The notes beneath the pieces were generated by a model that did no database searches, had not been told where the DNA came from, and saw only the letters and a list, made by a program, of their open reading frames with translations. Shown here in pieces: positions 13,114-24,677 of a DNA stretch of 64,000 nucleotides. The DNA is taken from NCBI GenBank assembly GCA_010093815.1, contig ML996569.1; one strand, 5' to 3'. Source of the DNA: Pseudovirgaria hyperparasitica. Lineage: Eukaryota. The translations under genes and the position numbers were made by a program. How positions within the stretch are numbered: position 1 is the stretch's first letter; the number at the start of each line of letters is the position of its first letter.

Positions 13114-13788
13114 GATACTACGTACACACAAGCCCCTCCCCCCATCCCACTCTCCTCCAAAAACCTCTAAAGTACCCCAAATCTAATCCAGATCTGAAAC
13201 CTTTGAAATCCCAAGTACCCTCCCCTAAGTAAAACTCAAGTCAGTATCCCAAATCCCAACTTGATCCCCCAGAACCTATAAAATCTAAAGGAATCTGGGA
13301 CTTGTTGAATGCTATATTCCCAAAGGGGGGGCCCGTTGGGCGTTGTGTGTTTATTGTCTGTCTGGCTGGCTGTCTATCTGCATATGTCTGTGGTGTGTGG
13401 TGGGTTGTGTCTCGTCTTGTTATGGCGTGTCTTGTCCTGTTCATATATCGTATGTACTTGGTAGATGACTGGTTGCATAGATAGATGGATAGATACATGG
13501 ATACATAGAAACCCATCTGCCCCTTCCCTCTTCCATTAACCTTACATAAATACACATGCACCAGATAGACGAACGACTGACAAAAAAAAGCCGACTTATT
13601 AAGAACTACTTATGCTAATGGTATATCTAGCTCGTATCGTCTCGTAACATGATGTGATGTGTGATGTGATGTGATAGTAGCCCCCGAAAAAAAAACACAT
13701 CCCGAAAAACACCCATAAGCCGCATTTTCACAACGCCAGACAACGCCGTTTCGCAACTCACAATGGCTGACATACATACACACGCATG

Positions 13789-13789
<1 letters not shown>

Positions 13790-13845
<56 letters not shown>
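13790..13845. repeat. (AC)n microsatellite, ~28 units
   Basis: Seen directly. Confidence 0.97.
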
Positions 13846-13848
<3 letters not shown>

Positions 13849-13904
13849 TCCGTTCAAAAAACCCTCACAGTCCCCAGTTGCCTGCCCACCTGCCCACCTG
13901 CCCA

Positions 13905-16020
13905 CTACCCCCTCCCAGGCGACCCCGGCGAGCGCCAAACCCACTGCCCATGCCCGCCCGTCTGCGTGAGCGTCGCATCCGGCACACTGCCAGAGCGCAT
14001 GGTGCCCTCACCACCAAGCGTACTGCCCAGCTCATCGCTATACGGCGTCATTCCACCCGGACCATCGACGTCGCGTTCGACGGGGCGCAGGTGATGCTCG
14101 CTCATCAGATGGGCGGGATGCGTGCCGGGGTCGACAAAGGGGGTAGTTTTGCGGTCGAGATGGGTGTGGTGGGGCGAGTCGAGTTCGCTGGGCATGACGT
14201 ACATGTTGCCGTCGGCGGCGGGGCTGGTGATGGTGGTGGTGTTGTTGGTGTTGTAGGGGTATGTGTGGACGGGGATGGCGGGGGTGTAGCGGGCAGGGTA
14301 GGTGGGGAGTTCGGGGGGCGTGGTGTTTGATGAGGATGTTTTGGTGGTGCGGGTGTGGGCGCGGTGGCGGAAGTACCAGATGAGGGCGATGATGATGAAG
14401 AGGGCGGCAGCGGAGCCGATGGAGGCGCCGACGATTGTGGCGGTGGATGGCGCGGAGGAGGAGTTGGGGAAGGGGAATGTGGTGGGGGGTATTGCGGTTG
14501 GGTTGGCGGAAGGTGTGATTTTGAGGGTGAAGTAGACTGGGAGGTCTTGGTTGGACCACGAGACTGGGGCGGTGAGTGTTGCGCCGCCGGTTGGGCTACG
14601 ATGCAATTGTTAGCTTAGGGAATATGTGGTGATGACGAAAAAGGAGGTCAACGTACCCGCCACCTATCACTGCTGTAATATTGCTAGGGACCTGATATTC
14701 ATCCAGCGATTCGTTGAATGGCGCCCATTCGATCCAGTCGTTTCCACCGCCCATTTTCAAGTTATGCGTCCCCCAAATGGTGGGAGCATCGCAGTAGTCC
14801 GACTCGTAGGGAAAGGTTCCGCCGATGATGATCATCTGCGCATTGTTGACCACATTGCAGCTCAGAGAATGATGCGGATGGCCCTCGCCAGGCTCCGCGC
14901 CCCACCATTTGATCCATCGAAAGGACGGTAGGCTGAGGACATGGACATCGTCAAACGAGGAGCCCGTCGGCGAGAGACCTCCATACATGTAAATATTGTA
15001 CGAAGACCGGTCCGACGCCCAAGTCACCCCGGCACAGAACCGTCCCCGGCTTTCTGGCACATCACCCGTTGCGGTTTGAAGATACCATTTTTGGCTGAGG
15101 ACGTCAAAGATGTGGATATCGGACATGTTGGCGCCAGTGATGGTGCCATTCTGGAAAGAGTCGAGGACGCCGCCGAAGTGGACGAGGAGGCCTGCATCCG
15201 AGGCTGGTAGGTACAGCATCGTGCCCTCAGCACGCCCAATGTCATCTGGTCCTGAGCTGTTGGTCCATCGGTTCTCATCGATGAGATACTTCAGCATCCG
15301 GCTGGACGCCTCTGGTGCTCTACTCCCCCAATCAGGCGTGGTAAGATTGTTCTGCCAACCACCAAACAAGTAGCCCTCGGAGCGGTCCTGGATTGTGGTT
15401 CCGGCCCCCCAAGCAAGTCTCTCGGGAACTCCAGGCAACGGACTATCCGGCGATGTCCAGCGGTCGGACGTGATATTGTACATCCATACCGACGATTCTT
15501 CCACCTGATCCGAGTCCGCAAACTCTCCGCCGAACTGGTAGAACGTCTGGTTGCCGGCGTCGCTCCAGAGAATACCGCCGGATACGATTGGCACGGTCGC
15601 ATCCTTTGACAAGTCGTCCTTCAGCTGGGGCATGCCATTTTCAATGTCCGCCAAGTCATTGTACAACAGCCATTTGTCTGTATCCTAGTCAGTTTCCCGC
15701 TGTCGATGGCCACTTGATGACACACTTGTCTGGTTAGTCTTGGGACTGTCGCTATTCCAGACGACTTCACCACCTAGACGGATATCAGTAGGGTTCAAGC
15801 GCCGGGCGTCGACAACTGACCATCAATATATAGTCGTTGGCCGATGATGGTCGTCTGATGACCGAATCTAAAGGAAAGTGAGCGTTCGACTCATCTGATG
15901 GCCGCAAGAGCACGGATCTATGCACCTTCTACAGAAATCTCCCACAGGGTCCCGAGCCTGCTGTAACGAGTATTGCACCGCTGCGAGAGCGACGAGAGTA
16001 TGGTACAGCAAGCGCGTCAT
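13905..16020 (-). CDS. Signal peptide + kelch-repeat ectodomain + single TM membrane protein, multi-exon
   Basis: MTRLLYHTLVALAAVQYSLQ signal peptide; FCRR|FGHQT..LYIDG|GE; repeated GG..W kelch blades in ORF 14596-15666; TM IVGASIGSAAALFIIIALIWYFRHR in last exon. Confidence 0.85.
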
Positions 16021-17224
16021 GGCATCTATCTTGGTTCATCACCACTCCCATCCACGTTCGCATAGACCAGAGGTATGGTTGATGATTTCATCCAGACAAG
16101 GACGCGTATGTGGAGAAAGACAAAGTTGGGGATCGAGACTTGAGGACCAGCGGCGGAATTGTGCACGAGCTGACGTGGGGCTGAGCGTTGGTGCTGAGAG
16201 GGGCCTGGACGCGGACACGATCGTTCCCCGTCTGCGGCCATGGACTGGGCGCTGGCACGACTTTGTGCATGGATTTGATTCGGTAGACATTCCGAGTGTA
16301 CGATATAGTGCGGGTATATACAGTCGGCTTCGTGGCTAGCTGGAGCATGTGCGACACAATAGTATCGTTAGATGATGCCGCACAACCCCTAGAAATTGCT
16401 GGACTATCTAACTAAGTCTTTGAGACGAGCGACGGCGGATCGTGTTAGGTTTGCAATAGCATCTCAGTAATTCAGGGATGGATGCGCTGAATGTCTGGCA
16501 ATTTGTGGCGTGAGACAACGGTCTGGACAGACAGGACGCGATGCAATGCTCGCTCTACAGTACATCATTCGCAATGCCCTGACTGTATATTATCTCACAA
16601 AGTCTGAGGGCCGACTTGCTCCTTGGAGAGGATGTGGTCCAGGGGGTTCGTTAGTGTCGCTCGAGCCTCCAGGTTATCAAAGCTGAACGTAGTGCAGGGG
16701 GTTCTTGGGGCGGTGACAAGCTCGTATTGGCGACACCGTGTTCCCTGCACCACTCAAACTTCTCCCGGAACGCGTCGAGCTACATCATGGTCATCGTAAC
16801 ATCGGTTGGTGTTCTTGCTTGTCCTGATACTTGGATGGACTTTTAGAAATTGATATATTGCGATTGTAATTCAGTTGTGGAGAATCGTGATTCCGTCGTG
16901 GATGGGAAGCTGGAGGCCGGCAGGCTGAATTGCCGAGTTACATGAGGCGACACGAGGATACACGAAACGACAAGCATGGCATCCATCGTTCAATATTTTT
17001 TGAACGACATGCATGCCCATCCATGCTTCCCGTCTGCTAGGGGTCCTCGGTCGGGTCAGCTTCAAAGCTGGTGGCTGATTCGGCGCAACCAGAAAACATC
17101 GTTGGTTGGCCCTGGGCGCGTCGATGATGCATGACTCCTCGCTGTAGAGCATCATCAGGCATCTAGCAAATGCAGACATTTCCATTTCCATGATTGTCGC
17201 CCGTCTAATACAACTATCCAGTCA

Positions 17225-19225
17225 TCAAACCAGGTTCAACTTGCGCTTCTGCGCACCACTGAAGTACTCATGTCCACACGAAAACGTGCCCAGTCGTTCA
17301 TATGCCCCCGCCGTCCGTGGAGAGAGGGCGAGGACGAGACCAGATACGTACTCGTGAGAAGAGCTGACTAAATTCAGACACCAAACACCGACCCGATCGA
17401 ATGGGCTGTAGACATCACTCGGCCCGCCCCGTGTAACGGTCTCATAGCTTTCGTCTGCTTCGCCTAGTCGCGCAGATACGACGAGTAGGGTATCAGGGGC
17501 CACTTTGATCGTCGTCAAAGAATTCTGCAGCTGTAAGGCATATTCAAATTCATGCTCGTGCGGGGCTGAAAGTGAACCTTCTATCAACTGCCCTTCTAAC
17601 TGTATACAACCGAAAGATACTTCGCCGAATGGGTTCATTCCACGCATGGTACAAGACGCGGACACGATTCTGACATTCGAGATCAAGTCTTCATCTGCGC
17701 TATGCGTGTATCTGATCTGCGTGTCAACAGACGCCCAGGTGAAGCTTGGTGCACGATATGTCGATAGTCTGAGTGTGGAGACTGGCGCTGATAGACTCGA
17801 ATCTGATGACCACAATAACCCCTGGGGAAGATTCGACTTCCAGAGCCCAGCGAGATAGTCCGAGTCTTTGGCGTTGATACACGAGCGGAAGTTCTGGGCG
17901 ATTCCGGAAATGGCCGGAAGCTTGTCTGATGGAACAGTGAGTTTGCGCAAGGAGTACTGCGCTGTTATACGGTGCCAAACATCCCAAGCTTCACTCTTCG
18001 GCACTTTGGATAGCAAACCTGGGGTGGTGACACATCCTCTCCACGTCGACGTGCATTCACAACGGCACACTTTCCGGCATTCATAGACAAGCTCGGTTTC
18101 AGTATAGTGGAGGATGCGGGTACAGAGAAGGTGCTCTTGCAAGACCCAAGCTCGGGACATTAATGGGCCGTGAGGTCTTGCAGGTCGACTCTCACCCAGG
18201 TCAGGGTGGTGCCGGTCAAGTTTGCGGGCGCGTAGATACGTACACTTGCCCTGCGTATTCTTATACTCCAGCACGATCGGCTTTCTGCGCGGCGCAAATA
18301 TCCTCTCATCGCTACTCTGTGGATGCACAGCAGATATAGTGATGTGTGCACAGCGATATATGTTCATCATGTTTGCAGATTCCGTTTCCCAATCATCGCG
18401 GCAATCTTGGATGATGCAGAGAGCATCTATCCACAGGAAGCCAATGCCTAACTTACGCGCGATGATGACTGCATCTTGGAACAGTGCCGGCATTGCACCA
18501 AAGTCAATATACTTCTTGCGTGCTGCCAGATTCGCCTTGGTAGTAGTGATGCTTGGCCCGCGTCCCCAACAATGGCTTAATGCCGCATATTTCAACCGAT
18601 TGTATGGCAGCTCACACAGCTTGATTGGACTCTCTTTATCTTTACCGACGTAGAGTAAACGCGTTGGCTGTGCTGCAGGAGCCTCCTGGCAGACTGTGTG
18701 TTTACTTACACAGTCGTCAATGCATCGCTGCGCAAACGCGAAAGAAGCATCAGAATCGGGCGACAGTGGTATGCTGGCAGCAGAGCCTATGGACGGCCAA
18801 GGCGACCGGACACCTGTCGATTGTCAGCGACTTCTCGAGCACAAATCCAGAAGCCAGTCAGTACCAGGCGAAGTGTAGATCTCAATCTGTTGGTCCTCGT
18901 ATCTGACATGACGAATCGATGCGCAGACAGGCACATTGAAGCCCAAATCCACGATGATTGGAGCTCTGACTGTCGACCAGTCAACGAAGAAGGCATCGAG
19001 TGCCTCCGCCAATACGCTACAGAATCTGCACCCGGCACGCGACTTTTTCAGCTGCAGTGCGTCGACAGGAAGGCTGAGACTGATTGTACGTCCCGACAAG
19101 GCTTCGGCGTCGTGCGAAGACGCTGCATGGCCTTTGGCATCGAGATTGTTACAGATCTTGCAGGACGAGCGACCTGTCTTCGGCCACGTACTCGAGCGCT
19201 TTGCGACCTGGTGTTTATTAGGCAT
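17225..19225 (-). CDS. HET (heterokaryon incompatibility) domain protein, 2 exons
   Basis: PTRLL, YAALSHCWG, LWIDALCIIQD, ESANM..IY, RAWVLQE, DKLPAISG, YLAGLW and APSFTWAS motifs; one intron ~18815-18865. Confidence 0.93.
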
Positions 19226-19407
19226 AAGTACCCGTTTATCTTAGATGAACATCAACATAATGGTCTGACGTTGCAAAGTCAAGCTTGGAACCAAAGTTTG
19301 TCCTCGGGTAAGAGAGACTGAAGACAACTTCGGCCCCCGGTTATGGCCTGAGGCATAAAGCATTATTGTAGCTACAATGATTGCAACTCATACGTACACT
19401 GAGACAC

Positions 19408-20387
19408 CTATGGAGCTCCAGTGAAGACCATGCCTCCGTTGGCGCAGAATACACTGCCCGTGGCCCACGCTGAATCTGGACTGACGATCATCCCAATAAT
19501 CCCAGCAATTTCATGATCCCACCCTGGCCGAGTGCCAGCCTCTGCAAATTTCTTAGCATTATCCTCACCGTCCAGATCAGGACGCAGCGCCATCAAGGGC
19601 GTGTTATTGATCAGGTGGCCGAGAGTGCCTCCTATTTTCCCCGCCGCCGCTCCGTACATGTCTGTCGCAACCGGCCCCGGGTTGATGGAGTTGACCGTTG
19701 CACGTTCAGCAAGCTCACGAGACCAAGACCTCGTCATGGCATCCAGCGCAGCCTTCGTACCTCCATAGATTGACTGTGATGGCAAGCCAATAGAAGCTGA
19801 CACGGAAGACAGATTCACAATCCTGCCAGACCGATCATGGGGCAAGTAAGGAATTGCAGCTTTGACCAGCAGTAGAGGACCCCTGACATTGACATTGTAC
19901 TGGAAAGCAAAGTCTTCAGCCTGCTCTTCGGCGGTCAAGTCAGCCAAGGCATGATTGCTGCTCACTCCAGCGTTGTTGATGATGATATCAAGCTGAAACT
20001 TGCCCGATTTCGGGTGCGAGAAATGGTTTTTTGCCGTCTCGACCACGTGAGCTGGGCCCTTGATACTGCCCATATCGGCTTGAACGATTGTAGTCTGTAT
20101 GCCATGGTCTGACTCGAGCTGCTTCGCGAGCTCTTCAATCTTTGCAGTGGACTTTTCGGATGTATAGTTCATGACGAGATTGGCACCGCGAGAAGCCAAA
20201 AGGCGGCATGTTGCAGCACCGATACCTGTAGAGACTTAGATGATGGTATCGTAGAATATCTGGCATAATAAAACTCGCCTCGCGAAGCACCCGTCACAAT
20301 CGCAACTTTGCCATCCAGCACTCTTTGGCTGTTTGTCCCTCCTAGATTGGTGGACGCTGTTCTACCATAAGATGGTCGTTGAGCCAT
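19408..20387 (-). CDS. Short-chain dehydrogenase/reductase (3-oxoacyl-ACP reductase-like), 2 exons
   Basis: VAIVTGASRG|IG, INNAG, NLSS, YxxxK (YGGTK), VNSINPG. Confidence 0.93.
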
Positions 20388-20879
20388 AACGATAGATAGT
20401 AAGTATATTTGTTATACCTGAGCAATACCCTTCAGTGTTGTTGTGTAACACAAGTTTGATCGTGTTGTGTAACTGTGAGTCCCCAGCTTTAGTGCATGTG
20501 GGGTCGCAGGGTTTACATACATACAAATAAGCCTCATGACTTCATAATGCAGCTTTAAGTGGGGTATGAAGAGTCTCCTCCATGGATGTAAAAGTACCTA
20601 GATAGAAGTGTCCCTAGCTATTTAGCTCGACCCACTAAAGTGTATCTCTCTAACGGTTCATTCTGGTTTTCGTCTGGTATTTCTCTGTCGTTGTGAGAAG
20701 AGGCCTTTCTGGGCTTATAGGCCGCTAACATCAAGTGAAATTATAACGCCACACAACGTAGCATGTTTCCCGGAATCTCCAATGAGTTTTTATTTGACTT
20801 AATGGACATCATTACTATTTCAGCAGTGTTGCTACGCCCATCCTATTAACCAACGCAGAGTGACTGTGGGAAGCTTCCC

Positions 20880-21921
20880 TCAGCCTGGAGGAAGCGTGCT
20901 TGCATCAACAATATCCTGAGCATCCTTCTCATCAATCTCTTCAGATCCGTACAAAGGTGAACGTGGGAGAGCCATCAGACCTAGGAAGTGTCAATCGCCA
21001 TAGAAGATCAGATTACTATTTTGACTTACCAGTCCTAGCACTTTCCAAAATGCCAAACGGAGCAACCAGCTTCATGAAACTCTCGATTCTGCTGGGTTTT
21101 GCCGAAACTTCGACAATACAGTTGTTATTGCTGATGTCCAACACCTTTCCACCAAATTGGTGAGTCAGGTGAGTGATTGCTTCTAAATGCTCATGCTTGT
21201 GTCTCAGAGCTTCGCTCACGGCTAGCTTGCTCGGATGAAAGTCGCGTTCTGACTGGGCAAGACTATGTGCATTCCCCAGCTGCGAAGCGGATTCTGCATC
21301 GGCTTCCAGCTCCTCCGGTCCATTATCGGTCACCATCTCTCGATGATGAGCCAATAATTCTTCGAAATATTCCGGACCGAGAATCGATACCTTGGCCAAG
21401 AGCAACTCACGCTGAACGAGCGGAGCAGCTGTATAGTCCAGGACAGCCCAGACTGGGACAAGATCTTCTAGTTGACGGCGCGCCTGTTCAACGACGCCAT
21501 CTTGTCCCTGAAGTACAATTGTCATTCGAGAGAGATCCTCAACCTCAGTGTTGCAAACAACCAGCGAGTCGATGTTGAAGCCGCGCGCAGCAAGAATGCC
21601 AGAAACACGAGAAAGCACACCGGGCTCATTTTGCACGAGACAGTTGAGCACATGTCGTTTCGGAGGAGCTGACGAAGGCAACGGGGTCTCGTAGAGAATC
21701 GAAGAAACAGCAGCAGGAGCCGACCATGACGATGGTGTATCTTGGGTGGGTAGAGGTGCGGTTCGGCGGTGAAGGGATTTGTATGCAAGGGCTTGTGTTG
21801 AGGAGTTTGACGAGTTTCGCACCTGCTGTGACTGAAGACAAGTAAGAGAATTGGTATTTGTAGAGGGTCGCAGTAGTTGTCTACTGTTAGGCAGAGCCAG
21901 TATAGCTCGCCGAGTTGCCAT
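20880..21921 (-). CDS. ILV6: Acetolactate synthase regulatory (small) subunit, mitochondrial; 2 exons
   Basis: HVLNCLVQNEPGVLSRVSGILAARGFNIDSLVV ACT domain; last exon GLMALPRSPL..STLPPG*. Confidence 0.96.
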
Positions 21922-22260
21922 CGTGGATGTGTGTACAGCGCTGACCACAGAGATCGAGCTACTATCTGTTGAGTCGAGAGCAAAAAGCCGAGAACGTGAA
22001 TCACATCCGAGCTTGGATTATGCGATGTCGGCGCTAGATATTCCGCTCCGCTGTGCCTTGGCAGTCCCCACTCGCCTTCATCACGCATAAAGGCGGGTCG
22101 GCATTCCGCCGGCCCTAGATACTCATCTAGCCTGGGCTTCTTTCACTGTTACCCGCAACTCGAAGATTCGGCTTCACGATCACGCGCCGTCGCTTGTCTT
22201 CGCCGATGTTGGTAGTGTGATACCCAAAGTCTTCTTCTATTCCTACTTCTATCAGTCACC

Positions 22261-24234
22261 ATGGGCCGCTTCGACCAGACTGAGCGCAAACCGACGCGCG
22301 AACGCCGTTCGCGATCTCCATCCTCAAGGACCTCCGAACCCATTCGCGAACGCAGCCCAATCCAGCGAGAAGAGACTGATACACCCTCAAAAGAGCAACT
22401 GAAAGCTGATGCTGCAGCGAGAGCCAAGGCCGCTGCTGAGAGGATCAACGCGTCTCTTGCGGCAAAGAAAGCTATTCAAACAGTCGATGTCCCTCCAATC
22501 CGCTCAGTACGTACGTGATTCCTGTTCGTCTATCAGACTAACAAATGTGTTTTGCAGGCAAGCACCGAAGCTGCCAAAAAGTCATCTGGCGTTGCTGGCG
22601 TTAGCGACGAAATCTACACGCAAGATGGGGATTTCATCCGCGACATCGAGGTCAATGATTTACGAAATCGCTACACCTTGACCAAAGGCTCAACACAGAA
22701 AATGGTAAATAATTTTGTCATCTTGCACAACTGATCTTCAGGCAGTCCCTGTCACTCTCTGTCCCTTCAGTCACATTGACCCCACTTCAGGGCTTGTGGG
22801 AAGTATCTGTAATGTGTTTTACGCATGTGGGATCAGTCCAGAAGCTTACCACAGTGCTCATTTAGCCGCTCTTCTCGCGAGCTCATCCCCCAATTTTGCA
22901 TCTGCTGACCGCATCTGTGTGACATCTAGATCAAAGAAGAAACTGGCGCCGGTACGCTACCACCTGACTACCATAGAATTGTTTGAGAGACAACCTTACT
23001 TATATGTGTCAAGATGTCACTACCCGCGGCGAATACTACCCGGATAAGACTTTAGCCACTGCTGCTGTAAGTGTCTTCTCACCCAAGGTCAAACAGAACA
23101 GAAAGCTAACATTATATAGTCTCCACCTTTGTATCTCCATATCACAAGCACGAGCAAGGAGGGTCTTGAGCAGGCTGTCGCTAAGATTAATGAATTGATG
23201 CAGCAGGAACTACCTAACCTGGTTGATGAGCGTAGATTTCGCCGTCGTGAGCCTGAGCAATTTGAGCGAGATGAACTGGGTCGAGTCTGTCTCCTTGCCT
23301 CAAGCGAGATTGAACAACATGCTAATATATTGACCCAGCGCAAATGGCCGGAGGAGCGCATTCCCATCGATCTAGAGCCGATCCCAGGCTTCAATCTCCG
23401 AGCCCAGGTTGTCGGTCATGGGGGAGCATATGTGAAACATATCCAGCAAGAGACTCGATGCCGTGTTCAAATCAAGGGTCAGAATTCTGGCTTCATGGAG
23501 CCAAACACCGGAAGAGAAAGTGACGAGCCCATGTATCTTCATGTTGCGTAAGTGCAGGTTTGGACGTCATGCTTGTCCGTTACTGATTCTCATAGTGGCC
23601 CGGATCCGAACGAGGTCAAGCGCGCAAGAGGTCTCTGTGAAGATCTCCTAGCAAGTGTCAAATCGCAATACGAATCTTTCAAGGAGCGTGGCGGCGCTCG
23701 CGGACGTTACGGTGACCGGGAATCGAATGGAGGCGGCCGGGGTGGATACGGGGGTGGTGGACGTGAGTATGGTGGTGGCCGTGACTCTGGCGATCACTAT
23801 GGATACGGCTCGCAACAGTCTCCGACTGGCCAAGGTGACCCCAACAGCCAAACCGCCACCCCCTCGTCGGCAAATGCAGACTATGCAGCCCAATACGCCC
23901 AGTACTACCAACAGTATCAGCAGTACGCCCAAAATGGTCAGGATCCGTACGCTGCTTACGGGGGCTATGCGAATTACATGGCTATGTATCAGCAGTACTA
24001 TGCCCAGCAAGCAGGTCAAGACCAGAGTGGTGGTACCCCAACCCAGGCAACTTCACAAGCGCCTCCACCTCCTCCTTCGAACGATGCGCCGCCTCCACCT
24101 CCTCCGTCCGGATCTGATGCTCCCCCGCCACCGCCTCCTGGTGTACCGTCTGGTTACAACAACGTAGGAGTGTTTAAGGCTCTCCGTGTCTGCTTGCTAA
24201 TTGATAATAGGTTCCACCACCCCCTGGGCTATAA
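22261..24234 (+). CDS. KH-domain RNA-binding protein (KHDC4/Blom7/RIK-like), ~8 exons
   Basis: DIEVNDLRNRYTLTKGSTQ|IKEETGA|DVTTRG.YYPD; FNLRAQVVGHGGAYVKHIQQETRCRVQIKG..ESDEPMYLHV; RGG, Y/Q-rich and poly-Pro tail; spliced end VPPPPGL*. Confidence 0.88.
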
Positions 24235-24677
24235 ATGCGTACGGAAAAGCTCCACATGCTGACATTGTGCTGTTGTCTCTGATACCTCTCACAGGTGCTA
24301 GAGTCTTGCTGAATCTGGGAAGAAAGGTCAGATATCTCTCCAATCAGTATATGTGGGATCCATACGGCAGCATTTCATATTGCATTGGCGTCGAGATTGT
24401 GTTTAGAATATGGGCTATGAACCTGAAGCCCGGTTGTTGCTAGCTCAGAGCGTAATCAAATAATCCTGTGTCAGGTAGACTCTAACAATGAAGAAACATC
24501 TGATACTCCAAATTTTTGACAAGATATCTGTGTTGTGATGCAAGCGGTTTTGAGCTGCACGGGCCTGGCCAATCGGAGGGCTTCTAATTACCTCCGATTT
24601 CGCATCATCGCGAACACCCAAAAAAGTTCAGCGCTGGACCAGGTTGCATGCGATCACAGCGACTGATCTGGTGCACC

